Shown one piece after another: positions 60,094 to 64,000 of a stretch of DNA of 64,000 nt. Below the pieces are notes generated by a model that was not told the origin of the DNA, ran no database searches, and worked only from the letters and a program-made list of their open reading frames with translations. The translations under genes and the position numbers were made by a program. Numbering within the stretch: position 1 is the stretch's first letter; the number at the start of each line of letters is the position of its first letter. Source of the stretch: Nitrosopumilaceae archaeon (GTDB lineage: Archaea; Thermoproteota; Nitrososphaeria; Nitrososphaerales; Nitrosopumilaceae); NCBI GenBank assembly GCA_965214835.1, contig CBDCCK010000002.1, forward strand, positions 1,248,001-1,312,000. The letters run 5' to 3'.

Positions 60094-61516
60094 TAGTCAA
60101 TTCATAAAAAAACGAACAATTTTGACAACTGCTTTTGATCCAAACATTAAGATCAGGCAAACCATCGCACATGCATGGGAAAACAGGCAGAATTTGTGGC
60201 ATCTAGGGACAAATTCCTGGGCAAGCAAAGCACTCACGCCTTTGCAAGGCGTACTAGACCCGACAGTATGGAACACGACAGTTGTTGCTGCTGCAGTTAA
60301 TTCGTGCATGTGGAGTTTGACATACTGCCACACAAGACCCGACAGTATGGAACACGACAGTTGTTGCTGCTGCAGTAGTCAGCCCATCAAATATCGGAAC
60401 ATCTTTACCGGTAGGATCTCTCCGCTGGTAAACAGATTCCGCACGGACTGCTCCATCTCATCAAGCGTATCAAACACCTTGGCAGACAGCCTCCGCTTTA
60501 TCTCCCTCCACTGTATCTCTACAGGATTGAGCTCCGGCGTGGACGGCGGCAGGTACTCCAGTATTATCTCGCCCTTGTACTTTTCCAGCGTCTCCCTTAC
60601 GCCGACAGACTTGTGGTATGACGCATTATCCAGGAATATCAACACCTTTCCGTACTTTTCGTGCACATTTTCCAAAAAGTCGCAAAAGCTGTCGGTGTTG
60701 GTCTTGTCATAGAACATATAGTAGAATATGTTAACTGCCAGCACGCCGAACATGTACCGGCGCTGCCGTGACAGCGTCAAGGGCGCCGTGACGCTCATGC
60801 CGCGCCTGATCCACCCGTGTTTGGGGCTGTTTGAGGTCTTTTGTATGGATGACTCGTCTTCTGCCAGTACCGTATACCCTTGCGCCTCCTTTTCCCGTAT
60901 CAGCTCCTAGGATGCCTCCTTGAACTCGTTCTGCTTTTGTTTTGAGACGGCCTTTGGGTTCTTGGGCCTCGGCTTCCTCCATGAGAACCCAAGCTCGCGT
61001 GCCAGCAGCCGCGTGCCGCTCTTGCTGTATTCTATGCCGAACTTCTTTTTGATGTGCCGTCTCATCAGGCCCGAGTCCCACAGGCTGCTCTCAAAACCGC
61101 ACTCCTCGGATCCTGACTTGAGATCCGCCGCAAGCTGTTTCAGCTGCGACTCACTCAGCTTGTGCTTGCGTCCCCTGCCTGGCCGCTCGTGCCTTGCACG
61201 TATTCCCTCGTCCTGTGCGCGGATGAGCCACTTGGATATGGTGGAATGTGCCCGGTCGAGGTTCTTTGCTATCTGTTCCACACCGAGGTCGTCCTTGCGC
61301 TGCATGTATGCAAGCAGCCTGTCGCGCTTTCTCTTGTCTGTCTCCTTTTTGTATGCCTTGTGCAGGTAGGAGCGTGACGTATTTGGCAGGAATTTGCTCC
61401 CTGATGCTACGAATTCCTTTCTCTGTCTGTCCATGCATATGCGCATTCCTTGCCTGATCTTAATGTTTGGATCAAAAATAGTTGTCAAAATTGTTCTTTT
61501 TTTTATATATTGACTA
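60094..61516 (-). mobile_element. IS630-family element (transposase 60379-61434 with one in-frame TAG)
   Basis: TA duplication, long inverted ends TAGTCAAT..; AEDES, LDNASYH, TPELNPVE. Confidence 0.9.
60256..60376. repeat. 42-bp perfect direct repeat enclosing a 37-bp insert
   Basis: 60256-60297 identical to 60335-60376. Confidence 0.92.
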
Positions 61517-62265
61517 CGATACCGCATCGAGTACGGCCTGAACCGCATTCTCCTTTTGCGCCGTGGTGTCAAAGGAGTATGCAAACCACCTGCGCGAAAA
61601 GGCATCAAGTACGTTGAAGCAGTAGCACCAGCCGTCCCCGTCGCAATCCACATATGTAATGTCTGCCTGCCACAGCCGGTTGGGGGCGTCGGGCCTTGTC
61701 GGCCTGCGCGAGGCCCGCATTATGTCGTTTTTGGTCTTTTTGGGCTCGATCCAGCCCATCTGGCGGTAGATTCGCCGTACCTTTTTGCGGTTTATGCGCA
61801 CGCCAGTCTCGCGCAATATCTGGTTTGCCATCCTCCGGGTTCCGTACGTCGGCCTTTTCTTGCCTATGGCACGTATGATTGAGACCGTCCCAGAGTCGGC
61901 TTTTCTGGTCCGCCTATCGGCGTACTTCCTGGCGTAATACCAGGTGCCCTTAGACGCCGCAGTATTTCAGGGCCGTGTTGAGGCTCATCGTCTGGTGGCA
62001 GATCTGTACGGCATTCATCCTTTGCTCAGCCCCATTGTTTTTTTTAAAGCGTCACAGGCCACTGCATACTCGCCTATGATGCGTTTGAGATCCTGGTTCT
62101 CCTTTTGCAGTGCAGTCACTGCCTTGTCATTCCGGCCCAGGATGGATGCCTTGCCGCCCTCGACGAACCTGTCCATCCACCTGCCAAACGTGGTGGGCGC
62201 GATGTTGTGCTTGCGGCACAGCTCGGCAGTGCTGATGTTGGTCTTGATGGACTCCATCACTATGT

Positions 62266-63681
62266 CAGTACTTCCTAGATGTACTTTTGCAGACCCGACA
62301 CGGCACCTCCGCTACTTTCCGCGATCGTTTACAAACGAGTCGGCCGCATCGACAATGCACGCGACAAACAGCATCATGGTAAACCCCTTCCCTCCTGCAA
62401 ATCCGTCCCACTTGGATTCCACGTCTATGAACACGGCAGTCCTCCACAGGTTGTACAGTATGACAGACATATAGAACAGCAGCAGCCTGACGACCGGGGA
62501 ATTGCTGCACGTCTTGCCCATTATCCCCTTGATCACCCTGAACCCGGTCTCGATTCCCCACCGACTGCGGTACTCCTCCGGTATCTGCTCAATGACTGCC
62601 TCTGCACTTTTAGCAGACATGTTGGTGGCAAAGACCAGATACCTGTCGGCTATGGTCTCTTCTGCCTTGTCCTTCTTTGCTGCTGCCGTGCCGTCCTTTT
62701 CTACCTCGTCCTTTTCCACAATGACTAGCCTGAATGTGGCGCTCTTGCCGTCCTTGTTGGTCATTGTATATTTTGATACCGCACCGCGTTCTCCGCGGTC
62801 ATGCTCCTCTATTGCCGCCACTATCCTCCTGTTCTTGACGGCAGGCATGATGTAGCTGCCCGTGCTTGTTTCTGCAGCCCTCATGCAGTCCACGTTAAAG
62901 AACCCGCGGTCATACAGGAACGTCTTGATCCTCATCCCTGATCTGGACGCCTTGCGGATCATTTTAGGCACGAAATCGGCCAGTTTTGCCTCTTTTGGAA
63001 GCTGCAGCGAGGAAAGCACGAGGTCAGACCCGTCATCTGATCCTATTCCGTGCATGGTAATGTGCGAGAGAAACGTCGACGTGCCGTTCTTGGGCTTTGA
63101 CTTTCTGGCGATATCCTCCAGGCCCTTGCCATAGTATTCCACGTCGGTAACGTCCACTGCCACGACGTCCGTGTTGTGCAGCATGCCTGACCTGCGGGCG
63201 CACCTTACCGTATGCTGCAGCATGGAGCTGCACCACTTTTGCGCATCATCCAGGCTGACGCCCCGGATCGCCTTTAGGATCCAGTCCGGACTAGGCGTAC
63301 GGCAACTATACGCGCCGCCCTTGGAGGCAGCCCCGTCGTCATGCTGCTGCCTGCTGCATTTTGAGGCCCGCCTGCGAAGGTGCGTCACGGCAGATTCTGC
63401 AAACATCCTCCTCTCAGACATGAAATATAGAACGCGCAGTGCGTCGATGTGGTCATACACTGCGTTGCGACTCTTTGAGACGGCCAGCCCGAGCTTGGGA
63501 AACCGCCGTCGCAATGTTTTAAACTGTCTCGATGTTATGTCAAACTGGTGTGCAAACACGTCGTTTTGTGTTACTGACATGATGATGGTTGGCACACCGC
63601 CTGATCTATAGTATGATGGTCAAAAAATCTCGGCAAATTGCGTAATTATCGTGCCTGCAAAAGTACATCGAGGAACTACTG
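62266..63681 (-). mobile_element. Intact ISH3-family element in IS3 orfA
   Basis: 27-bp imperfect TIR CAGTA.TTCCT.GATGTACTTTTGCAG; 4-bp TSD ATGT confirmed against the uninterrupted IS3 copy. Confidence 0.92.
62312..63595 (-). CDS. ISH3 transposase
   Basis: AVDVTDVEYYG, YDRGFF, YRSRWGIETGFR. Confidence 0.92.
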   Translation of the reverse strand: MPTIIMSVTQNDVFAHQFDITSRQFKTLRRRFPKLGLAVSKSRNAVYDHIDALRVLYFMSERRMFAESAVTHLRRRASKCSRQQHDDGAASKGGAYSCRTPSPDWILKAIRGVSLDDAQKWCSSMLQHTVRCARRSGMLHNTDVVAVDVTDVEYYGKGLEDIARKSKPKNGTSTFLSHITMHGIGSDDGSDLVLSSLQLPKEAKLADFVPKMIRKASRSGMRIKTFLYDRGFFNVDCMRAAETSTGSYIMPAVKNRRIVAAIEEHDRGERGAVSKYTMTNKDGKSATFRLVIVEKDEVEKDGTAAAKKDKAEETIADRYLVFATNMSAKSAEAVIEQIPEEYRSRWGIETGFRVIKGIMGKTCSNSPVVRLLLFYMSVILYNLWRTAVFIDVESKWDGFAGGKGFTMMLFVACIVDAADSFVNDRGK

Positions 63682-64000
63682 ATGTCTGTCTTTTCGGCCA
63701 ATGTGAACTTTTGTTTTTTCATGCCCCGTATGCCCTCCTGTCATATACAAATTCTACGCATTTGGGTGGTTCGAATTTTATGGGGTCCTCACTACGCCTT
63801 TCCGAGCTGTGCAAAAAGCCCGACAGACTCAGGATGCATAAAGTGGGAGGAGGTTCTGCTGGAGTAATGATGCGTGATCGGCAATACGCCAGAGATGATC
63901 TGATGGGGGAGCCTTGCGCAGCTTGCCGTGGTTAAAGGAACAACCTCTTGGAGCAGATTTTGTAAATCAAAACTGTCAGTAATGCCATGCTGACTGCAAG

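Larger units (their letters stand above)
59708..63791 (-). mobile_element. IS3-family element copy 2 hosting IS630 and ISH3
   Basis: Ends GGACCCC.TA..TTCGAACCAC; near-identical to 15.9-16.6 kb; TDNGSQY, EQNGHIESFH. Confidence 0.9.

Noticed and set aside
60298-60307. Insert 10-mer TAATTCGTGC matching MITE A interior, and CACAGAAGGCC of the 53360 insert matching the IS5-like gene
   Set aside because: 10-11 bp matches are too short to assign an origin
60256-60376. Bona fide CRISPR array
   Set aside because: Only two repeats, no leader, no typical repeat end, no cas genes; kept as a scar-type finding

Overview
Thaumarchaeal (Nitrosopumilaceae-like) chromosome segment, judged from 4-hydroxybutyryl-CoA dehydratase, archaeal MCM/GINS/RFC/Hel308, aIF5B, aIF6 and archaeal r-proteins. 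It carries a very heavy mobile-element load. Core genes occupy ~3.1-7.7 kb and ~24.6-59.5 kb, with four tRNAs (Ala-GGC, Ser-TGA, Leu-TAG, Ala-CGC). An accessory island at ~7.75-24.5 kb ends at tRNA-Ala(GGC) and contains tyrosine integrases, nested IS elements, a ClpP-class protease pair and a matrixin module. A second IS nest follows tRNA-Ala(CGC). At least five MITE types are visible from their TIRs and TSDs. Best finding: a decayed IS110 (52853-54398) whose 5' non-coding end reads as a complete bridge RNA. Its donor loop matches the element's own end junction, and its target loop spells the ISH3 terminal inverted repeat, which is where the element sits. Also notable are three unrelated 38-42 bp duplications, each enclosing a 32-37 bp insert (spacer-integration-like scars). 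Regions ~10.1-11.3 kb and ~14.95-15.9 kb look like consensus/assembly artefacts. All calls are by eye; no searches or folding programs were run.
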